Part shown: positions 1 to 10,324 of the stretch, in pieces
Layout of the letters: each line of letters begins with the position of its first letter
Position numbering within the stretch: the stretch's first letter is position 1
Origin: Zygophlyctis sp. KS116
Taxonomy: Eukaryota > Fungi > Chytridiomycota
Length of the DNA stretch: 14,093 nucleotides
Direction: 5' to 3'
Assembly (NCBI GenBank): GCA_054661495.1
Contig: BAAFSQ010000258.1
Span: 1-14,093, forward strand
The notes under the pieces: generated by a model
Database searches by the model: none
What the model saw: only the letters and a program-made list of their open reading frames with translations
Told to the model about the DNA's origin: nothing
Position numbers and translations under genes: made by a program

Positions 1-268
1 CCTGCGCATTTACAAAAGAAATAAATGCAGATAAGCCCAATGCCAAGAGAGATTTCTTGAAAGAGATCAGAAGCATTGTTTATTTTTGTTAATGACGTGG
101 TCAGTCTATTGTTCTCATCTACCAGCACTGGCTGCACACGTGCTTGATGATGATGTATGTCTTATTAGTTAATGTAAAGTATAAATTCACAGACATGCAG
201 TTATCGATTGTCTTGTAAATCAGCCAAACGATTAGTCCAACCCGACCTCAACTCTGCGCCTAATTTCA

Positions 269-759
269 ATGGCAAAAGTCCAAATTCTTGTTGCGCTCAA
301 TGATACACCAGCGTCTTTTAAAGCACTTGATGCAGCTGTTAAACATGTACAATCTCTAAAAGTATCTTACGAACTGTTTCTGATTCATTTCGTTGCTCTA
401 AATCCACCTCAGGCTTTCCCTTATTTGGACCATTTAGACAAGGGATTTAACATTGAAATACAGGAAACCGAAGATAAAATTGTGAATAGTTTAGCAAAGA
501 AATTACAAGATAATTATTACGGAAAAGTCAATTATTCTTTTATTAAAGTTGAAGGAAACGGTGAAACCGGACCAATCATTGAAGAATATATTCAGACACA
601 ACTTCCTAATTTAGATATGATTTATGGTATATCTTTTAATATCTAAGAATAGTTGGGACTAGAGAGCATGGTGCATTGAAAAAATGGGCATTGGGATCTG
701 TTAGTGATTATCTAGTTCATCATTTAAATTGTCCAGTGACTGTTGTAAAGAATAAATAG
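269..759 (+). CDS. Universal stress protein (UspA domain), ~154 aa, 2 exons
   Basis: join(269..626,653..759). Removing the 26-nt GT-AG intron 627..652 restores the typical USP C-terminus DMIYVGTREHGALKKWALGSVSDYLVHHLNCPVTVVK. The N-terminus ILVALNDTPASFKALDAA matches USP beta1-alpha1. Confidence 0.93.
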
Positions 760-1184
760 CGTCAACGCACATTCTTCTTGTTTAGTAGTGATCGTAAAGA
801 TCTATTACTTTAGTTCAGACATGTTGTAAATTGAAGAAATTCAAGTATTCTCATGATCAAAGTAACAAAATCAATTATCTTTAGAGATTTAAAAAATAAT
901 CTCATTCTTCTTCTCCTTAAGACGAATCTGACTACTTTCTCAGTGGTGGAATGAATTCAAATGATCATACCTAAGTTGAATATATTGGTTTGACTAATTA
1001 AAAAACCAATGATTACATCAATCCTGACGCTGTAATTTAAGACCTATTGACTGCATGTAGCATTATGTATCTGATTAGAGGAACTTTGGTTCTTATGATG
1101 ATGCTTGAAGCGGCATTTGTCACACGACCCACTAACTGCCGTTCAAGTTGGCGCTAACAGTTGCCGGAATGGATTTAAAGAAAA

Positions 1185-2781
1185 ATGATTCAACTTTTAC
1201 CATTCATTATTGTTGTTGGCTTAATAGATCAATATCAATGCATTCCCTTAAAGGTTTTTGACAATCTTATTGAAACAAGCCTCTCGGTATCGGACAATGT
1301 TATTCAATCAAGCCTCTTGGTATCGGACTCTTCGCCTTTGATAACAAACCATTTTTTTGAAGTTATCAATGCTCCTTTGCACAATGAAATCAGTCAAGTT
1401 ATGATCCATAAGGACATGGATTTTGAACCTTTCTCAATCCCCTTCGGACCGACAGTAGATATCAGTGTATTTGACATCAAAGGTGTCCAGTTTGATAAAG
1501 GATCAGGATTTTCCTATGATAATCAAAAACTGAAATACTGGGCAAAGCTGAATTTGGATATACAGATCGAATACGGATTGAATAGGTATTAATTTAATCA
1601 TTTTAAAGAGATAGACTCGTAAGGAAATATGGAACATTTAAGGGTACAGTTACCGGTCTCACTCTTGCTTCTGCACTCAGATTAACGTATGATAAGGAGA
1701 AAGAAGCTCTTCAGCCTGTTTTTGACCAACTCGATGTGCAAATAGATGATCTCAAGGTATCTCTTCATGATTTAAAAAGTTTTAGTATACTGCCACGCAT
1801 AAAATATACGAATGGATCGGTGGGCTGGAATTTTTTGAACGCAAGATAAGAGAGGCAGTTTCCGGTAAAATTGAGGATGCCATTAAGGAGTTTTTGCCTA
1901 CTGTCTTGAAACAAGCGTCTAAAAAGATCATCAACACACCTGATGGTTCGTATGAGTTGACATTCGTAGCCTCTCCAAGCTTTATTTCACAGGGCATTGT
2001 CTTACATCTGGGATTGCAAAAGGAGGCTTCGACCTCAAGCGGGGACAATACCTTACCAGTAGAAGGATTTAACCGAACTTTACCCGATCCATTAACTGAC
2101 ATACAACCGCTGTTCAGAACTTCTCTTCTGCAGGATATTAAGCCTATTATTCTTGAAACAATCGAACTTAAAGCAGGACTAGCGGAGATAGAATCGGACG
2201 AACCAATCAATGTGGATGTTCCAATGACTTCCATGACAGTAAACATTACAAAGTTTGACGTCGATGAAAAGAGTATTGTATGGAATCCAGATACAGCTAT
2301 ATCATTCACTGAAGGCGCCATTCACACCGATATCATAGTCTCATTCAAGTTTCTCACTACATATGAAACGAGTAGCAACTTTTTACCAAGTGGGTCAGTT
2401 AATGGGACCGTTGATAACCTTCGTATTAACACTGATATGGGTTTCACTTTAAAAGATGGAACTTTACAGCCTGAAATTAAATCGCTTACAGTAAGCTTGG
2501 AAAAAGTGGATGTATTTTTTTTAAATTTAACTTTTTAGATATCTTCTTCATCACAAATTATCAGTATTCTAGGTGGCACTTTTGAAAAAATTATAAAGGA
2601 GAAAATATCTGCGCTCGTTTCAAAGAAATTGCAAGAAATTATTCCTTCATCGGTTTCAAAGCTTTTAGGAACGGAATTAAACATTCCCAAACTAGGATCT
2701 TATAAGCTTAAAGTTTTGACAGCTCCAGAGATCAAAAGTGGTGGAATGCTTGTAAACATGCAATTAGTTCCTGCAGCTTGA
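1185..2781 (+). CDS. Putative secreted protein with two tandem BPI/LBP/CETP-like (TULIP) lipid-binding domains, ~503-505 aa, 4 exons
   Basis: join(1185..1585,1615..1756,1786..2511,2539..2781). Intron 1 may alternatively end at 1608, also in frame. Introns are 1586..1614, 1757..1785 and 2512..2538. The N-terminus is hydrophobic and signal-like. Two internally similar halves (G-x-x-x-GTV, LQP, a long amphipathic helix, GSYxL...P...G) resemble a TULIP barrel. The gene model is solid; the family assignment is by eye only. Confidence 0.65.
1260..1325 (+). repeat. In-frame 33-nt tandem duplication (2 copies; DNLIETSLSVS/DNVIQSSLLVS)
   Basis: 1260..1292 gacaatcttattgaaacaagcctctcggtatcg vs 1293..1325 gacaatgttattcaatcaagcctcttggtatcg; 4 mismatches in 33 nt. 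Confidence 0.9.
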
Positions 2782-3203
2782 ATTTAAAAAACAATTTGTT
2801 TATCCTTGGGCACTCATCGCTGCGAATGTTAGTTTTTGAAATACACCATTAGAATTCTGATTTTCACTATGAGAAGATATTGAGTTGAGTTCTGATATCA
2901 TGAGTCCTTCATCTTTAGATCTTTCAAAATAGCTTTGGCTGGCCACCAAGGATCACTGTTATAGAGATCAGCAACTCCAGAGCCACTGAAAATCAATCGA
3001 CCTTGAAGAGTTATGTCAAAGTATATCCATTCAATCGTTGCTGTTTTCAGATGTGCTGGATCTTATATACGAGTAAACATATTGACCCGGGTGAAACGTA
3101 CCCATTAAACCATCAATGATACTATGGAATTAATAATGATCAATGCATGCAGTATAGATAATATTGTCAATGCGCTAAATTTAAACGGATAAGTTATTCA
3201 AAG

Positions 3204-4094
3204 ATGAATATTTGGTTTTTGATATTCTTGGGCCTGGTCATGATTGTAGCCTCGTTTTTATGTGGAATGCTGCCATTGCTGATCATTTTAAAAAAGGATT
3301 CTATGAATACAATTACATTATTTGGCGCTGGATTGTTACTCGGAACAGCATTGGGAGTTATTATTCCGGAAGGGACTTTGATGATTTTAGAATCCAGTGC
3401 AACTGATGTACAAGTAGAAAAAGTTGTTGCGATTTGTTTAATCTCTGGATTTTGTGGAATGTTGATTATTGAACAGATTTCCTCGTTTTTCATGAACAAA
3501 ACTCATAAAATTGTTGGGATTCCTACAATATCTTGTACTGAATCTACCAGTTCTCTTAAAAATAATTATAGCACAATGATGGGGATTTTGATTCATTCTT
3601 TAGCAGATGGAGTAGCGTTCGCTTCAGTATCTATATCCGATCAAAAAACTTTAGAAGCTATTGTATTTTTAGCTTTAATCATTCATAAATGTCCTGCTGC
3701 TTTTGGAATTTCTTGTTTTTTACTTGGAAATGGAGAATCTCGTAAAAATGTAAAAAGATTTCAGTTACTTTTTTCATTATCTGCTGTAAGTTTATACTAT
3801 GTAATGATAAGCCTATAATGTCAATTGTTACTTTTATAATTTTAAAATTGGTGAAAATTGATAATGTTCAATATTTTTCTGGTATAATGTTATTAATTTC
3901 AGGCGGATCATTCTTAAATGTTTCTACAATGCATATTTTACCTGAAGCTTTATCAGGTGGAAATCATTCTTTAGGACATTCTCAACTTGGATTATCAGTA
4001 AATCAATTATTAACATTGTGTGCGTCAGTGTACTTGCCAGTTTTATTGTCTGTTGAAGTAAGAAGTTTAGAAATTTAATTAATAGCATTCATAA
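3204..4094 (+). CDS. ATX2: ZIP-family Zn/Mn transporter, ZIP9/Atx2-like, ~278 aa, 3 exons
   Basis: join(3204..3785,3812..4057,4086..4094). Motifs include GAGLLLGTALGVIIPEG, TM4 HSLADG, TM5 HKCPAAFG, FSLSA|P across intron 3786..3811, and GSFLNVSTMHILPE. The last intron 4058..4085 gives the ending ...SVEHS*. If it is retained, the stop is at 4078. Confidence 0.9.
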
Positions 4095-4176
4095 TAATTA
4101 AGTCTAAAGTTTTTAATGAGTTATGGACCAACAAGACCAGTCAAGTTTTGTGACAAGTGTAGTGGTTTAGTGAAAA

Positions 4177-4698
4177 ATGTTGAAATCTCAATTTATTCAT
4201 CAACAGATTCGTCATGCAACTAAAAAGTCTGGTGGTTCAACATCTAATGGAAGGACGTCACAACCAAAATATTTGGGATTTAAAAAATTACATAATGCAC
4301 CTGTAGAACCAGGAAATATCATTATCAGACAAAGAGGAACTCAATGGCATCCTGGAACTTTTGTCGGAATGGGGAAAGATCATACCATTTTTGCTCTTGT
4401 CAAGGGGAGAGTAGTCTTACATTATGATTTGGAAAATCAGAAAAGGATCATTTCAGTTAGTGATGGGACTCTGCCTCCGCTTCCAACAAAGTCGGGTATG
4501 AAGGCTAAAGTCGCACAAGAAATAGACTCTGTAAAGTATTTGCGGCTCAATGGGAAGGGAAGGTATGACTATGTAATGGAGACTGTGGCTTCTGTGGTTC
4601 AAAAGGAAAAAGAAGCTCAAGAGAAGTTGCTTAAAGATCGCTTATTGATACAAGGAAATCTCAGAAAGTTTACTCTAGTAGATTTGACTCGTCTTTAA
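4177..4698 (+). CDS. MRP7: Mitochondrial ribosomal protein bL27m (L27 family), 173 aa
   Basis: A short presequence-like N-terminus is followed by the L27 signature [24 protein letters not shown]...[15 protein letters not shown]...GKDHTIFAL. No intron is needed. Confidence 0.93.
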   Translation: MLKSQFIHQQIRHATKKSGGSTSNGRTSQPKYLGFKKLHNAPVEPGNIIIRQRGTQWHPGTFVGMGKDHTIFALVKGRVVLHYDLENQKRIISVSDGTLPPLPTKSGMKAKVAQEIDSVKYLRLNGKGRYDYVMETVASVVQKEKEAQEKLLKDRLLIQGNLRKFTLVDLTRL

Positions 4699-4709
4699 AA
4701 TATAATATT

Positions 4710-7700
4710 TTACATGTTACCCTTTAATATTTCTTCAAGGAAAAAATTGATTGTTGATTTTTTGGCTTTCATATCCATACTGAAAATATTGGATAGTCTC
4801 TCTCTTACAGCACGCTTGGTAAGTGTATTGAGATCTGAAGAAGACACTATGAGCCGGATTTGATAAAGAATAGCATCATCTGACGGATATTTCGGAATTG
4901 ATCTTCTACTTTCATCGCTTCCTAAAAGTGACTTTGATGACCGAGCTGTAGATCCAGAAATTTGAAGCATTTGATTGTACTCTTTATATATAGATGGTCC
5001 GCGGGTTGGTGTGAAGTATCCATCATATATGCTAGAATCACGCGATCCACGATTTAAGGCAACTGGAGAGCTTGTAGGTAATCCCCGGAAAGATGGTAGC
5101 GGATTTAAATTGCTCACAATTGTTGATACTGACCGCATAGATTGGGTTTCATCAACAAACTCCAACTTTTCATTATCCGGGAAATCATTTCTCCTTGAAT
5201 CTAATGAATCCCTTCTTCTAGATTCGTACACTTCCCATTTCCTTAATGGAATGGACTTTGGATCGAAATCTGTAACTTCTGCAGCAAATTTGGATTTCTT
5301 ATTCTTTTCTCCTAGAACAACACGAGTGTTTCCCCAAGAAAAGTCGTCAAAATGCCAAAATGAATATATCGGCAGGTAAAACGAAAATGCAGGCATCTAT
5401 AAACTTAAATCAGAATGGTGCTTACAGAAACCAAATATACCAGCATCCAACCTATTTGGGCCCATTGTCGCTTTAAAATGAATATGATGACTTGAAACCC
5501 GTAAATAGCAGCAAGTAAAACCACCGAAATAACTGGGAATGTTTCTGTTGAAGTAGAAAGTGAATATATAAGATATCCTATATATAAGACACCCACGGGC
5601 TGAACAATCGTTGAAAAAAGATCAATAAATACGACGAATCGCATGCTGAAACAACAAAATCCACATAATTGAGGCAAAAAAACCAATTCCAAAAGATTAT
5701 GCACTGTTGAATTAATCCATCTTCGTCGCTGGGATAAAAGAATGGCCCAGCTGTCTGGAACACTTGTCATACCTATTATTTAGTGAATGCGCTTACATTT
5801 TGCCTCTGAAGTAAAGGATAACTTCATTTTAGGAAAATGTTTCATCATCAGTGTTGTTAAATATCTATCCTCCCCCAAATGAAGAAGATTCTTTACATGC
5901 AATGTGTCGACTTTATTTTCAGAGTAGTCTTTGATAACTCCAGGAGCGATGAGAAGTGGAATATTCTTAGTCGGTGTTCGAATTCGATATATACAGAAAC
6001 AGCCTGGGAGACAAGTAACACTACCAAAAAGTGATTCGAATGCCTTCGCCAAATCTAATCAGTTAAATAATACTAAGAATTACGATGACTGATGAAGTAT
6101 TCATATACTTGAATCATCGTGATCCATGAATCTTTCTCATTGGATATAAGCGTTTCACCACAAAGACCCATGATTTTCGAATCATGAATCATAGCAGACA
6201 CCAATCGATTGAGCGAGTCTGAAAAAACTAAAAAATTATTTTAAAAAAGACACCTTCTGTATCGGCATCAACCATAAATACATATTCATAAAAAGCGGGA
6301 TTAACGCCTATTATATTTTGCATGTGGTGATATATTTCAAGTTCCATAGGATTCATCGCCTGATTAAAATGCACTCGAGATAAAAAGCGCATCAAGATCA
6401 TTTGGGTATCTCTTTTACCTCGATTTCCAGGGCGATTTCTTTCTGTTGGTTTTCCGACCTTAGATACAAGAACAAACGGGACTGAATGACCATGGACGTG
6501 ATATAACCCCGAGTAAATTTTTGCCATGTTGTGTTGGCGATCTCCTTCTCCGAGTGAGTTAAAACTGTAAGCCAATGTTTGGTCATTAGAAATATCTACG
6601 CCAAGAATGTCCAGCACAATTTGAGGAGTGGGCTTATCATTTCCACTACCGATGATCATGCCTAGGATTACAAAATGTTATTTACCATCAGCAACTATAA
6701 AAAGAAGTTTCCTTTTATCATCATATTTGGTGACAGCAAGGGACTCAAGAGTTTTCAAAAGCGATTCTGGACCCTCTGTATAGCACGGAACCATCATGAT
6801 CACGAATTTATCATGAGATTCAGGATCTTTTGGCGTGGAAAATTGTAAAGCAGCTAAGAACTTGACACCGATCACCTAAATTATCAAACTTTAATCAAAG
6901 TACCGTCACCAATAGTATTGAAGTAGCTAAAAGTATATAGTTTGAGAATTGACAAGAAAAATCATTTCTATGATCTACCGTACCTATATAAAACATATTA
7001 TTCATGCAGTTTAAGTAGTAATTCGCTTTAGGATCTGCTCTCGCTAATTCTTTCCATTTTTCTGAAGCGTCTTGACCATAGTAGTTTCCAAAAAGTTGGC
7101 CAACCGCAGGACCAAAAAAAGGATTCCCAGAGTTAAAGTATGCACTAACGTCATACACATTATCATAAATGATTATGAGCCTTTTCTCTGCGGATGCAAA
7201 CTTTGCCACGTAATCTTTTGTCCAGGCCAGTCGATACCTTGCATACTTATTCATATATTCTAAATAAGGCTTTTGTAATCCGGTAGAAGGATCAATCGCT
7301 CTATGGGCATAGAATTGGGAGCTCAGCGGAGGTCTCGACATCAGATTATCCCACCCAGGCTGAGGCTCACTTAATCCAGGACTTTACTTTAGAATAAATA
7401 AATTACCAGTAAGCCTTAAACAGATTTGCCTTATAAAACAAGTTTGAAACATCTTGTCCTAAAAATGCAGAGAACATGTAGTCCTGAACTCCATATGCCT
7501 TCATATGGTTTTGAACGATTTCATTTATCTGATATACTCTACCATAAGCGGATACCCAAGGATCACTTATATCTGTTTTACCGCTCAATTCAAATTTTGA
7601 TAAAACTTGCTGATTTGGGCAAATGAGCTTTCCAAATCCAACAATAAAAAACAATAGTAGCAAGCAAAAAAAGTAAATGATGATGTTGAGCGCAACCTTT

Positions 7701-10262
7701 TCTCTAAAAGCCATTTGCATGTCCTTTCTTCTCATATGCCCGCAATATGCTAAACACGGCGTCTAGCAATTAAAAAAACAACTATTATACCGGGATCCAC
7801 CAAGTTAGGCACCATGTACAACAAACCCACTTTCGACGCGCTGGTGTGATTTTCGTTTCTGTCTCCTCTTCTTCTGCTACAGGAATATACGGCTCAAAAA
7901 AGATTCCTTTTTCAAGATCCATATTTTCCATATTTTCAGAAGCTCCTTCAGTTTCAGCAACGGAATTATCCGACTCCTCTCCAGACATATCCGAGTCCAA
8001 AAAATGTTCACTACTTAATAGTTATATAATTGTAATTACTCATTCGAAAACATTGGCCTAATATTAACCTCCTTCTTGGGTCGTTCAAGCCGCTCGTGAA
8101 GACGGTTCCAATTTGTGTATGAAAGAAATATTTCTGAGCTACCTAATGCTACCTCCCGCGGGCCCCATTCGAATTCTGCACAAAACATTTGACATACTTC
8201 TTTTGGATCCATTACAGTTATAGTATCATTTTCAGCTGTACGGAAAAATCCCTTAAACTTTTCTATAAATTCAGGAAATCGATATGAAACAGGAAAACGG
8301 AAAAGCGACTGATATTTAGCAAGACTGGCCAGGCCATAAAATGCTACTTGATTTTTGACATGAACAAAATCCCATGCATGCTGCGACTTTGCCGCATGTA
8401 TAGAACTAGATATGCAGATAACCATCCATGTCTCTGAATCAATCAGTGCAGCACAAAGTTCATCCAATGAGCTGCGAAATTTGGAGAATATGGTAGGGAT
8501 ACATTGGATATTTTCCGTTTCTACTTCTTCATTCTTTTTTTGTTTTTTTTTCGTTGATGGCATACGAGTGGGATGATTGGAAATTTGTGCAGAGGTCACT
8601 ATGTCCTTATTTTTTTCAAAAACTTGAGTAGATATAACATCATCAGAAAAAAGAGACCGGGCAAATTTACATGATGATCCGTGATTATCGTTTGTCCCGC
8701 GAAATAAGCTGACCAGATTTGAAGGAAGAATATCAGCATTTTCTGATAAAAAATTTGTAATATTGTATTCTATGCTTTGATCAGCATAATGGATGATCGA
8801 AAAGTTTGCAGATACAACAGAATTTTTCTTTTTGAAAGCTTTTGCATACTTAAAGCTAGGTGTTTTTGAAAATCGATCATTCATTTTATCTACAAGATGA
8901 TTGAGAGCCTCTGACGGAGTGATTCCAAGCTTTGAAGCTCGTGCAGTTTCAGAATCAAGTACCGCTATAATCCCATTCGCAGAAGAAATAAGCTCCACTA
9001 TATTATTATCAGTTGAGGCCCCTTGAACTGTAACAAGACCTTCTTTATATCCCCTATCTTGAAAGCCTGTCCATAATCTGATATTTGAAAAAACTCTTAT
9101 TTTTTCATTTGCATAATTGAAGAGAAATTGATTCAGAGAACTAGCTTCTTTATATTTTCTAAATCCTGGAATGTCCAACACGCTAAGAAAAGTATCACAA
9201 TCATCCAAGCAAAACTTTCCATTGATTTGTTCTACCAATCGAGAAAATATCAGCGAATAAAGAGATCTGGCAATTGAATCACAGTGAATTTTCTATGCAT
9301 TACAAAATAAAATAAATACCGCTTCCTCTGCATTTAAGAACAATGTACACAATTCATTTTGAATAACTTTTGATTCAAAAGTCAAGGTATTTCCTACATA
9401 TACTGGTTCTACTTGAAGCAATTCACCGATTACAGATAAAATCTCTGTATTTTTGATTGAACAGGATTCTTGCTTATTCAAATTATCATTCTGAAACTCT
9501 ACATTTCCTAAAAGTAGGATGGCTGATAGTAATGAAAATAGCTGATCTTGTGCTTTTGATCCAATACCAATAGATTTTAAATAACTTTTAAGATCTGTAA
9601 ATTGATCTTGAGTGAATGTTGGACTTGATCCATATTGATTGAGATATTGGTAGTGGCTGCAATCCAAAAGGTGCCACTTTACCTTTTCCTCCCTCGAAGC
9701 TCCTTGTAATAAATACAAAATATCAAAATTGGATTCCACTTTTGAATGCGAGACTAGTCGATTACTCTCTAACCCATAATCCAAAGTCTTAATTCCTTTA
9801 AGTGATCCGCTATTTGAAAATTGAAATTCCTGATAGAATAAGAATCGTGTTGCATGAAGCGAACCATCAACACTTGCAGATCCAAAAAGCGATAAAATAG
9901 ATTGTACTGAATTCACAACCTTTACAGAGACTTTACTTTTTCTAATTTTACCAAGTTTTGCCCATTCATTAGTTATAATAGAAAATGCCATTGATTTTCC
10001 CGACCCAGTTTCTCCACTACTATCAATGGATTTATATATACCTTAAAAATAATGTAAGATCTACTTGATCTCTAGCCATTCTTTTATACATATTGTTTGC
10101 AAAGTCTGCAATTTGATCTTTAGAGTCTGTAGATGCATTGATCAGCAAAAGTCCACGGTCACCAATCAGACATGTCCGATTCTTTGAATCATACCGAGCC
10201 TTGATGGCAGAAGCAATATCAGTATCTGTCAATAAAGGAAGACAAGCAATGTCATTATTCAT
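4710..10262 (-). CDS. CHS: Chitin synthase with N-terminal myosin motor-like domain (class V-like, division 2), cytochrome b5-like region, GT2 core and DEK-C tail; ~1753 aa, 12 exons
   Basis: ATG at 10262. Introns: 10017..10041, 9293..9319, 8014..8039, 7763..7790, 7382..7406, 6876..6903, 6662..6685, 6228..6253, 6055..6083, 5773..5796, 5397..5425. The spliced frame is continuous. It contains the P-loop [104 protein letters not shown] and a DEK-C-like [10 protein letters not shown]. Confidence 0.96.
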
Positions 10263-10324
10263 TTGAGAAAATGGCCTGAGAAAACCTTTTTTTAATTTCG
10301 GACTTTCCCAAACGAACAAGAGAA
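10263..10324. promoter_or_regulatory. 62-nt divergent intergenic region (candidate bidirectional promoter)
   Basis: Lies between the chitin synthase ATG (10262, -) and the guanine deaminase ATG (10325, +). Contains TGAGAAAA twice and a T-tract. Confidence 0.55.

Noticed and set aside
3-92. Open plus-strand frame at the window start (CAFTKEINADKPNAKRDFLKEIRSIVYFC*)
   Set aside because: Could be the 3' end of an upstream gene but is too short to support.
1782-2321. 179-aa minus-strand ORF
   Set aside because: Antisense shadow of the TULIP-like exon 3; no recognisable motifs.
760-3203. snoRNA/tRNA/ribozyme in the ~420-nt gaps (ATGATGA at ~1095; small GGGT..ACCC hairpin at ~3089-3103)
   Set aside because: No paired D box, cloverleaf or catalytic core found by eye; an Infernal/Rfam scan would be needed.
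3194-3499. Minus-strand ORF 3194..3499 and plus-strand ORF 3212..3406
   Set aside because: Shadow or alternate frames of the ZIP gene.
4975-8061. Small ORFs 4975..5379, 5578..5763, 6398..6586, 7072..7263, 7426..7626 and 7846..8061
   Set aside because: Antisense or alternate-frame overlaps of chitin synthase exons, with no independent support.
4710-10319. Chitin synthase (and other genes) as frameshifted pseudogenes or split genes
   Set aside because: Every break is repaired by a GT-AG micro-intron that restores the frame and conserved motifs.
10263-10319. N-terminal extension MFVWESPK... of chitin synthase
   Set aside because: Relies on a non-ATG start; the first in-frame ATG is at 10262.
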